A stretch of 64,000 bases of DNA from Mobula hypostoma (taxonomy: Eukaryota), in the NCBI RefSeq assembly GCF_963921235.1, contig NC_086109.1:17424001-17488000 (forward strand), in the 5' to 3' direction. The number at the start of each line of letters is the position of its first letter. Within the stretch, counting starts at the first letter, position 1. The notes under the pieces are model-generated. The model was not told the origin of the DNA. It was given only the letters and a program-made list of their open reading frames with translations, and made no database searches. A program made the translations under genes and the position numbers. Below are positions 37,801-48,134 of the stretch, piece after piece.

Positions 37801-40800
37801 ATAGAAAGGAGAAGGTGAAAGTTAGAGAGGATAGAAAGGAGAAGGTGAAAGTTAGAGGGGATAGAAAGGAGAAGGTGAAAGTTAGAGGGGATAGAAAGGA
37901 GAAGGTGAAAGATAGAGAGGATAGAAAGGAGAAGGTGAAAGTTAGAGGGGATAGAAAGGAGAAGCTGAAAGTTAGAGGGGATAGAAAGGAGAAGCTGAAA
38001 GTTAGAGGGGATAGAAAGGAGAAGGTGAAAGTTAGAGGGGATAGAAAGGAGAAGGTGAAAGTTAGAAGTAATAGAAAGGAGAAGGTGAAAGTTAGAGGGG
38101 ATAGAAAGGAGAAGCTGAAAGTTAGAGGGGATAGAAAGGAGAAGGTGAAAGTTAGATGGGATAGAAAGGAGAAGGTGAGAGTTAGAGAGGATAGAAAGGA
38201 GAAGGTGAGAGTTAGAGGGGATAGAAAGGAGAAGGTGAAAGTTAGAGGGGATAGAAAGGAGAAGGTGAAAGATAGAGAGGATAGAAAGGAGAAGGTGAAA
38301 GTTAGAGGGGATAGAAAGGAGAAGCTGAAAGTTAGAGGGGATAGAAAGGAGAAGGTGAAAGTTAGAAGGGATAGAAGGAGAAGGTGAAAGTTAGAGGGGA
38401 TAGAAAGGAGAAGGTGAAAGTTAGTGGGGATAGAAATGAGAAGGTGAAATTTAGAAGGGATAGAAAGGAGAAGGTCAAAGTTAGAAGGGATAGAAAGGAG
38501 AAAGTGAAAGTTAGAGGGGATAGAAAGGAGAAGGTGAAAGTTAGAGGGGATAGAAAGGAGAAGGTGAAAGTTAGAGAGGATAGAAAGGAGAAGGTGAAAA
38601 TTAGAGGGGGTAGAAAGGAGAAGGTGAAAGTTAGAGGGGATAGAAAGGAGAAGATGAAAGTTAGAGGGGACAGAAAGGAGAAGGTGAAAGTTAGAGGGGA
38701 TAGAAAGGAGAAGGTGAAAGTTAGAAGGGATAGAAAGGAGGTGAAAGTTAGAAGCGATAAAAAGGAGAAGGTGAAAGTTAGAGGGGATAGAAAGGAGAAG
38801 GTGAAAGTTAGAGGGGATAGAAAGGAGAAGGTGAAAGTTAGAGGGGATAGAAAGGAGAAGGTGAAAGTTAGAGAGGATAGAAAGGAGAAGGTGAAAGTTA
38901 GAGGGGATAGAAAGGAGAAGGTGAAAGTTAGAGGGGATAGAAAAGAGAAGTTGAAAGATAGAGAGGATAGAAAGGAGAAGGTGAAAGTTAGAGGGGATAG
39001 AAAGGAGAAGCTGAAAGTTAGAGGGGATAGAAAGGAGAAGGTGAAAGTTCGAAGGGATAGAAAGGAGAAGGTGAATGTTAGAGGGGATAGAAAGGAGAAG
39101 CTGAAAGTTAGAGGGGATAGAAAGGAGAAGGTGAAAGTTAGAAGGGATAGAAAGGAGAAGGTGAAAGTTAGAGGGGATAGAAAGGAGAAGGTGAAAGTTA
39201 GAGGGGATAGAAATGAGAAGGTGAAATTTAGAAGGGATAGAAAAGAGAAGGTCAAAGTTAGAAGGGATAGAAAGGAGAATGTGAAAGTTAGAGGGGATAG
39301 AAAGGAGAAGGTGAAAGTTAGAGGGGATAGAAAGGAGAAGGTGAAAGTTAGAGGGGATAGAAAGGAGAAGGTGAAAGTTAGAGAGGATAGAAAGGAGAAG
39401 GTGAAAATTAGAGGGGGTAGAAAGGAGAAGGTGAAAGTTAGAGGGGATAGAAAGGAGAAGATGAAAGTTAGAGGGGATAGAAAGGAGAAGATGAAAGTTA
39501 GAGGGGATAGAAAGGAGAAGGTGAAAGTTAGAAGGGATAGAAAGGAGGTGAAAGTTAGAAGCGATAAAAAGGAGAAGGTGAAAGTTAGAGGGGATAGAAA
39601 GGAGAAGGTGAAAGTTAGAGGGGATAGAAAGGAGAAGGTGAAAGTTAGAGGGGATAGAAAGGAGAAGGTGAAAGTTAGAGGGGATAGAAAGGAGAAGGTG
39701 AAAGTTAGAGAGGATAGAAAGGAGAAGGTGAAAGTTAGAGGGGATAGAAAGGAGAAGGTGAGAGTTAGAGAGGATAGAAAGGAGAAGGTGAGAGTTAGAG
39801 GGGATAGAAAGGAGAAGGTGAAAGTTAGAGGGGATAGAAAGGAGAAGGTGAAAGATAGAGAGGATAGAAAGGAGGAGGTGAAAGTTAGAGGGGATAGAAA
39901 TGAGAAGCTGAAAGTTAGAGGGGATAGAAAGGAGAAGGTGAAAGTTAGAGGGGATAGAAATGAGAAGGTGAAATTTAGAAGGGATAGAAAAGAGAAGGTC
40001 AAAGTTAGAAGGGATAGAAAGGAGAATGTGAAAGTTAGAGGGGATAGAAAGGAGAAGGTGAAAGTTAGAGGGGATAGAAAGGAGAAGGTGAAAGTTAGAG
40101 AGGATAGAAAGGAGAAGGTGAAAATTAGAGGGGGTAGAAAGGAGAAGGTGAAAGTTAGAGGGGATAGAAAGGAGAAGATGAAAGTTAGAGGGGATAGAAA
40201 GGAGAAGGTGAAAGTTAGAGAGGATAGAAAGGAGAAGGTGAAAATTAGAGGGGATAGAAAGGAGAAGGTGAAAGTTAGAGGGGATAGAAAGGAGAAGATG
40301 AAAGTTAGAGGGGATAGAAAGGAGAAGGTGAAAGTTAGAGGGGATAGAAAGGAGAAGGTGAAAGTTAGAAGGGATAGAAAGGAGGTGAAAGTTAGAAGCG
40401 ATAAAATGGAGAAGGTGAAAGTTAGAGGGGATTGAAAGGAGAAGGTGAAAGTTAGAGGGGATAGAAAGGAGAAGGTGAAAGTTAGAGGGGATAGAAAGGA
40501 GAAGGTGAAAGTTAGAGGGGATAGAAAGGAGAAGGTGAAAGTTAGAGAGGATAGAAAGGAGAAGGTGAAAGTTAGAGGGGATAGAAAGGAGAAGGTGAAA
40601 GTTAGAGGGGATAGAAAGGAGAAGGTGAAAGATAGAGAGGATAGAAAGGAGAAGGTGAAAGTTAGAGGGGATAGAAAGGAGAAGCTGAAAGTTAGAGGGG
40701 ATAGAAAGGAGAAGCTGAAAGTTAGAGGGGATAGAAAGGAGAAGGTGAAAGTTAGAGGGGATAGAAAGGAGAAGGTGAAAGTTAGAAGTAATAGAAAGGA

Positions 40801-43767
40801 GAAGGTGAAAGTTAGAGGGGATAGAAAGGAGAAGCTGAAAGTTAGAGGGGATAGAAAGGAGAAGGTGAAAGTTAGATGGGATAGAAAGGAGAAGGTGAGA
40901 GTTAGAGAGGATAGAAAGGAGAAGGTGAGAGTTAGAGGGGATAGAAAGGAGAAGGTGAAAGTTAGAGGGGATAGAAAGGAGAAGGTGAAAGATAGAGAGG
41001 ATAGAAAGGAGAAGGTGAAAGTTAGAGGGGATAGAAAGGAGAAGCTGAAAGTTAGAGGGGATAGAAAGGAGAAGGTGAAAGTTAGAAGGGATAGAAGGAG
41101 AAGGTGAAAGTTAGAGGGGATAGAAAGGAGAAGGTGAAAGTTAGTGGGGATAGAAATGAGAAGGTGAAATTTAGAAGGGATAGAAAGGAGAAGGTCAAAG
41201 TTAGAAGGGATAGAAAGGAGAAAGTGAAAGTTAGAGGGGATAGAAAGGAGAAGGTGAAAGTTAGAGGGGATAGAAAGGAGAAGGTGAAAGTTAGAGAGGA
41301 TAGAAAGGAGAAGGTGAAAATTAGAGGGGGTAGAAAGGAGAAGGTGAAAGTTAGAGGGGATAGAAAGGAGAAGATGAAAGTTAGAGGGGACAGAAAGGAG
41401 AAGGTGAAAGTTAGAGGGGATAGAAAGGAGAAGGTGAAAGTTAGAAGGGATAGAAAGGAGGTGAAAGTTAGAAGCGATAAAAAGGAGAAGGTGAAAGTTA
41501 GAGGGGATAGAAAGGAGAAGGTGAAAGTTAGAGGGGATAGAAAGGAGAAGGTGAAAGTTAGAGGGGATAGAAAGGAGAAGGTGAAAGTTAGAGAGGATAG
41601 AAAGGAGAAGGTGAAAGTTAGAGGGGATAGAAAGGAGAAGGTGAAAGTTAGAGGGGATAGAAAAGAGAAGTTGAAAGATAGAGAGGATAGAAAGGAGAAG
41701 GTGAAAGTTAGAGGGGATAGAAAGGAGAAGCTGAAAGTTAGAGGGGATAGAAAGGAGAAGGTGAAAGTTCGAAGGGATAGAAAGGAGAAGGTGAATGTTA
41801 GAGGGGATAGAAAGGAGAAGCTGAAAGTTAGAGGGGATAGAAAGGAGAAGGTGAAAGTTAGAAGGGATAGAAAGGAGAAGGTGAAAGTTAGAGGGGATAG
41901 AAAGGAGAAGGTGAAAGTTAGAGGGGATAGAAATGAGAAGGTGAAATTTAGAAGGGATAGAAAAGAGAAGGTCAAAGTTAGAAGGGATAGAAAGGAGAAT
42001 GTGAAAGTTAGAGGGGATAGAAAGGAGAAGGTGAAAGTTAGAGGGGATAGAAAGGAGAAGGTGAAAGTTAGAGAGGATAGAAAGGAGAAGGTGAAAATTA
42101 GAGGGGGTAGAAAGGAGAAGGTGAAAGTTAGAGTGGATAGAAAGGAGAAGGTGAAAGTTAGAGAGGATAGAAAGGAGAAGGTGAAAATTAGAGGGTATAG
42201 AAAGGAGAAGGTGAAAGTTAGAGGGGATAGAAAGGAGAAGATGAAAGTTAGAGGGGATAGAAAGGAGAAGGTGAAAGTTAGAGGGGATAGAAAGGAGAAG
42301 GTGAAAGTTAGAAGGGATAGAAAGGAGGTGAAAGTTAGAAGCGATAAAATGGAGAAGGTGAAAGTTAGAGGGGATTGAAAGGAGAAGGTGAAAGTTAGAG
42401 GGGATAGAAAGGAGAAGGTGAAAGTTAGAGGGGATAGAAAGGAGAAGGTGAAAGTTAGAGGGGATAGAAAGGAGAAGGTGAAAGTTAGAGAGGATAGAAA
42501 GGAGAAGGTGAAAGTTAGAGGGGATAGAAAGGAGAAGGTGAAAGTTAGAGGGGATAGAAAGGAGAAGGTGAAAGTTAGAGGGGATAGAAAGGAGAAGGTG
42601 AAAGTTAGAGGGGATAGAAAGGAGAAGGTGAGAGTTAGAGGGGATAGAAAGGAGAAGGTGAGAGTTAGAGAGGATAGAAAGGAGAAGGTGAGAGTTAGAG
42701 GGGATAGAAAGGAGAAGGTGAAAGTTAGAGGGGATAGAAAGGAGAAGGTGAAAGATAGAGAGGATAGAAAGGAGAAGGTGAAAGTTAGAGGGGATAGAAA
42801 GGAGAAGCTGAAAGTTAGAGGGGATAGAAAGGAGAAGGTGAAAGTTAGAGGGGATAGAAAGGAGAAGGTGAAAGTTAGAAGTAATAGAAAGGAGAAGGTG
42901 AAAGTTAGAGGGGATAGAAAGCAGAAGGTGAAAGTTAGAGGGGATAGAAAGGAGAAGGTGAAAGTTAGAGGGGATAGAAAGGAGAAGGTGAAAGTTAGAG
43001 GGGATAGAAAGGAGAAGGTGAAAGTTAGAGGGGATAGAAAGGAGAAGGTGAAAGTTAGAGGGGATAGAAAGGAGAAGGTGAAAGTTAGAGGGGATAGAAA
43101 GGAGAAGGTGAAAGTTAGAGGGGATAGAAAGGAGAAGGTGAGAGTTAGAGGGGATAGAAAGGAGAAGGTGAGAGTTAGAGAGGATAGAAAGGAGAAGGTG
43201 AGAGTTAGAGGGGATAGAAAGGAGAAGGTGAAAGTTAGAGGGGATAGAAAGGAGAAGGTGAAAGATAGAGAGGATAGAAAGGAGAAGGTGAAAGTTAGAG
43301 GGGATAGAAAGGAGAAGCTGAAAGTTAGAGGGGATAGAAAGGAGAAGGTGAAAGTTAGAGGGGATAGAAAGGAGAAGGTGAAAGTTAGAAGTAATAGAAA
43401 GGAGAAGGTGAAAGTTAGAGGGGATAGAAAGAAGAAGGTGAAAGTTAGAGGGGATAGAAAGGAGAATGTGAAAGTTAGAGGGGATAGAAAGGAGAAGGTG
43501 AAAGTTAGAGGGGATAGAAAGGAGAAGGTGAAAGTTAGAGGGGATAGAAAGCAGAAGGTGAAAGTTAGAAGGGATAGAAAGGAGAAGGTGAAAGTTAGAG
43601 GGGATAGAAAGGAGAAGGTTAAAGTTAGAAGGAATAGCAAGGAGAAGGTGAAAGTTAGAGGGGATAGAAAGAAGAAGGTGAAAGTTAGAGGGGATAGAAA
43701 GGAGAAGGTGAAAGTTAGAGGGGATAGAAAGGAGAAGGTGAAAGTTAGAGGGGATAGAAAGGAGAAA
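28884..43767. repeat. 30-bp minisatellite, consensus AGGAGAAGGTGAAAGTTAGAGGGGATAGAA, ~495 units, with higher-order duplications
   Basis: Periodicity is directly visible; recurrent 27-bp variant; variant patterns recur at 720, 1343 and 2720 bp offsets. Confidence 0.99.
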
Positions 43768-43900
43768 GCAAATCTATTAGGAGACAGAGACAGAAAGAAA
43801 GAAGAAAGGAGACATAGACAGCAGATGGAGGGAAGGAGAGGGAGATAGAGAGATGGATAGATATATAGAGAGGGAGAGAGACAGGAGAGAGAGAGAGAAC
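43768..43900. repeat. GA-rich low-complexity right flank of the minisatellite
   Basis: Non-periodic purine-rich sequence with (GA)n runs. Confidence 0.75.
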
Positions 43901-44659
43901 CAGAGATCAGAATTGATACCCATCAGATTACATAACTCAAATCTCTAACATGAAAGTATTTCAAAGTATGGAATAAATTATTAGGAATTTTTCTTTCAGC
44001 ACGACGTGAAACTCTCTGATTTTACCTTTTTTTAACAGGCAGTTATGTAAAGAATGTTTTGGGTCTTTGTGCGGCGACATTCACAGTCAGTGGGAGGACC
44101 TGTTGAGAGTGGTGTCATGATCAGTGACCTCAGCTGCAATGAAACAGAAGGAGAAATCCTGATGAGCCTGCCGGGGGGTGGGAGGGGTGGGGCCAAGGTT
44201 TTGAGAACCACTCAACTGTGCACAACACTCTCCGTGGGTCCATATACAACCTCTGTTTACAGGACTGCATGTGATACCTCCCTGTTCCAATGGACCATTT
44301 GTTGGTCATACAATAGGCAGATGTTTTAAATTCCACAAAGTTTCCTGGGTGACGTAGTATTTTGAAAACAAGTGCAGAAATTGTCTTGCTGAAAGCTGTG
44401 AATCAGTTGGTTTAAGTGCCTGACCCTTATTTATGGGCGCAGTGTTACCATTGATAGTAGCATGTGAGCGTGACAGACCTCTCAGTACTGTTGAACTCTG
44501 ACGCAATGTGAGCCAGAGAAACAGTTAACCTTCACAAAATACTGCAGATGCCAGAAACCTGAAGTAAAAACAGAGAATACCAACAAAACCCAACGGGTCA
44601 GTCAGGATAACTTCACTCACCGCAACACTGAACTGATTCCTTAACCGGTAGGATCACTT

Positions 44660-46028
44660 CCTTTTTCTTTGTAATTTATTTTTTATTGAAGTTCATCATC
44701 AAACAAAACTTTCCATCAGATCCTGTACATATATATCATATAGTCATATTTGTCACAAATCTCCACATAATATTTAGCTGAGGTATACACTTAGAGAAAG
44801 GAGAGGAAAGAAAGAACAATCAAAAGAAGAAAACTATGTACGAAGTAGGGAGTGATTTTTTTTTACAACATATTCATTGACTTGTGAGAATAAAATCAGG
44901 CCTATGAGGTGCTATGTAGTTTTTCCCAGTATGAATCAAATTGTTCCAACTTATGATTAACAGACGCTGTTATCTTCTCCATTTTGTAAATATCCATTGC
45001 AATTTCCATCCACACATTTAAAGTTGGGCTCTCCTGTGATAACCATTTCCTGGTAAGGGTCTTTTCACCAGCCACCAGCAGTATATTCATTAAATATTTA
45101 TCTCTTTTCAACTATTCTTGAGGTATATACCCAAAATATGTGGTCTTACTTTCTAAGGGTACTTCACATTTAAAAATGTCTTGTAGGGCATAATGTATTC
45201 CACTCCAATAGTCTTTGATAATGGGGCATTCCCAGAAAATATGATAATGGTTTGCATTTTGATTTCCACAATTTCTCCAGCAAACAGGGAGGTTACTATC
45301 AAAATGGAATTTCTGAGAGGGTGTAATAAAATATCTTATCAAGTTTTTCCACCCGAACTCCCTCCTTTTCTGTGAACTGGTACACTTCCATTGATACCTC
45401 CATATTATTGTCCATTCTTCCTCAGATATTATTATCCCTCCTTCCTTCTCCCATTTTGTTTTAATGTATGAAGTCAAATGTGTTTTAAGATTTGACAAAC
45501 CCTTATACACGCTTGAAATTATTTTACTACTGTTGTCTGAATTATATGCTTTTCTAAATAGCTCTATCAAACATGTACTTGCCTTGGTTACACTTTTAGC
45601 CGTCCTATTAACATACTGTCGCATCTGTAAATATCGATAAAAGTCTTGTTTTTCTAATAAGTGTTTCTCTTTGAGCATTTCAAAACTGAACAGTGTTTCT
45701 TCTTTCATTATATTGCAAATAGCTGTTATTCCTTTAGCTGTCCAGTCCTTAAATCTAGCATCCAGTTTGTTCGGCGTAAAATCTGAGTTCAATGCACACC
45801 ATTTAAGAATTGCAATGTCTCTTTCTAGTTTATATTCTTTTGTAATAGTTTTCAATATTTTAAGGGTCCATTTCACCCATGGTTTATCAATAGTATTTAT
45901 GTAACTTTGTAGGTTGTTATCAGCCAAAATTACCTGTATGGGGATGGAAAGTATTCTCTCCTCAATGTTTTTCCATTGAGCGTCACATGATGGATTGCAC
46001 CAGCATATCACAGCTCTCAACTGTGCTG
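44660..46028 (-). mobile_element. 5'-truncated L1-clade LINE (ORF2 C-terminus with CCHC zinc finger) with ~15-bp TSD
   Basis: 311-aa frame AAQLRAV...CWRNCGNQNANHYHIFWECPIIKDYW. A-rich tail with AATAAA on the minus strand. Flanks ccggtaggatcactt and cctgtagaatcactt match at 13/15. Confidence 0.88.
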
Positions 46029-46296
46029 CCTGTAGAATCACTTTCAAGGACTCTACAACTCATGTTCTCAGTATTATTTATTAATTATTTATTACTATTA
46101 TTATTATTTGTTTTCTGTATTTGCAGTTTGTCATCTTTTGCACATTGGTTATTTGTCGGTCTTTGTGTGTAGTTTTTCATTGATTCTATTATATTTCTTT
46201 GTTCTACTGTGAATGCCTGATTGAAAATAAAGCTCTGGGTAGTATATGGTGACATATATGTACTTTAATAATAAATTTACTTTGAACTTTGAACTT
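46029..46296 (+). mobile_element. Rex1/Babar-like 3'UTR (host of the L1 insertion; left part ~44605-44659)
   Basis: cactttcaaggactc...aataaatttactttgaactttgaac tail. Confidence 0.75.
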
Positions 46297-46899
46297 AGAG
46301 CATCTGTGGAAAATAAAACAGAATTTTGCATTGATATTCTATCATCAGGATTCATTTATCTCCTCCTGTTAATATCTCCTTCCATCACAATTTCACCACA
46401 CTGTCTCAGCCGACAGCACTCACCATTTGTGTCACTCAACATCTTTTAGTCTCCACCCGATCGTGGAATCCCCTTTTGTCCTCTCCACCCCTCCCTTTTC
46501 TCTGCAATTTAACATGTCTTCCATTTCTACCCTTTCCTCCAGCATTTTGTGTACGTTGCTTGGATTTCCAGCATCTGAAGATTTTCTCTTGTTCAGGTCT
46601 GTGGTGGGATTGATTTTTGAACTGCTATTGCTTTATGTCTAGGTTGGATTCTTGACCTCAAAATCTACCTCAATGTGATTGTTTATCTGCACTGCACTTT
46701 CTCTGTAGCTTTTGCCTTTTATTCTGCATTGTTATTGTTTTACCTTGTTCTTCCACAATGCACCTTGTAATGATTTGATCTGTGTAAATACTCTGCAAGA
46801 CAAGCTTTTCACTGTGTCTCAGTACATGTGACAACAATTAACCAGTCCAACACCAATTATTGTGAGAAGAAGAAGAACATACAGACTTCTGTGTGACAC

Positions 46900-47465
46900 T
46901 TCTTCTGTTGGGATATAACAATACCAAAAATGGAGATGACAGAAGGCCATTCAGCCCCTCAAGTTGCTTTCCGTCAGATCCTGGCTGCTCAGCTTCAGCG
47001 CTGTTTTGTAGCACTACCACTATCAAAATCAGAATCAGGTTTAATATCACTGGCATTGAATCCCTGTAATGTCAAAAAAGGTATTGATATATTCTGTGCC
47101 TCCAGAGCCCTCGTGGGTAGAAAATTCTAAAGATTTGCTACCTTCTATTTGAAGAAATTTGTGCACATCTCATCCTGAATGGTTTGGCCTTTATCATGGG
47201 ACTGTGACCATTTTGTGCAGACATCCCAGCCTGGAGAAATGTCAATGACGTTGTTTAATCTCAAGACAGTATAAGTCTTGTCTGGTTATAATGAACACCT
47301 GGAACCCATCCGGTGTACTCTCTTATTACATTTCCTCCATCGGAAGTCCCTAGGTAGGGAGACCACACTTAATGCTCCAGATGTGGTCTCACCAGAACTC
47401 TAATTAGCTAAGATGTCTTTGTTCTAGGACTCAAAATCTCTTGCAGCAAAGGCTAACATATTGTC
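46900..47465 (-). mobile_element. Highly degenerate CR1-like fragment
   Basis: aggccattcagcccctcaag tail; gctccagatgtggtctcacc and gcaaaggctaacata motifs. Confidence 0.5.
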
Positions 47466-47713
47466 TGATTCGGGTGGCACAGTTTATGAAACTACTGCCT
47501 CACAGTGCCAATAATCTGGATTCAGTCGGGTTCTGGAGACTGCACACTCTCTCTGTGACCGCATGGGTGTCCATCATCTGCTCCGGTTTTGAGAGCAGGA
47601 CAGAAGAATGAGAGAGCGAGCTCCCATCTCGGACAGAAGAGCTGCCAGTGTTCACAGTAAGGGCATGCCCATCGAAGAGTAAACACCAAAATGAACTCAT
47701 GACATGTACTCAC

Positions 47714-47856
47714 CCAGAACTGCTACCATGGCCATATCGTCGCCATCTTGTTCCACCCATAGTTCCACAAAATGAACTATTACAGTGACCTCCTCGCCCT
47801 GTGAGCTCCGCATCTTCAGAGTATAAGTGAACAGAACTAGTAAGACTTTTGGATAC
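47714..47856 (-). CDS. Candidate internal coding exon (143 nt, phase 2 to phase 1): YPKVLLVLFTYTLKMRSSQGEEVTVIVHFVELWVEQDGDDMAMVAVL(G)
   Basis: Acceptor caccttcag|G (alternative ttgttag| 14 nt upstream) and strong donor TGG|gtgagt. The frame is open between them with stops just outside. Repeat-free context. Confidence 0.4.
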
Positions 47857-48134
47857 CTGAAGGTGACACCCTAACAATATGACTGACGTGAAAAGCTACG
47901 ACCAAAAGAAGGTTAACATGAGACATTCTGAGCAAACACCCTTCAAGTTATGGAACAACCTTCTGCATGAATGTTTAAAATTTGTTTCTGCGGATCTGAC
48001 AGAGCTGTCTTGGAATTTGAACTTTCTAAACAGAGGTCAAACTGGCAAGCTTGAACTTGAGAGCTGGATCCCAGAAGTTGACGGCACAGGAACCAGAGAA
48101 ACAGATGTAATACAATGGGTAGACATAGAGGCAG

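Noticed and set aside
28884..43767. CRISPR array or telomeric repeat
   Set aside because: Units are head-to-tail with no unique spacers and no cas genes; TTAGAGGGG only resembles TTAGGG.
28827..43848. Very long ORFs as annotated protein-coding genes
   Set aside because: They follow from a 30-bp unit with stop-free frames; propagated stops and frameshifts and no gene structure argue against a CDS.
47735..47752. AAGATGGCG (YY1-type start motif) on the minus strand as a gene start
   Set aside because: The ATG frame stops after 7 codons (MATIWPW) and there is no CpG island.
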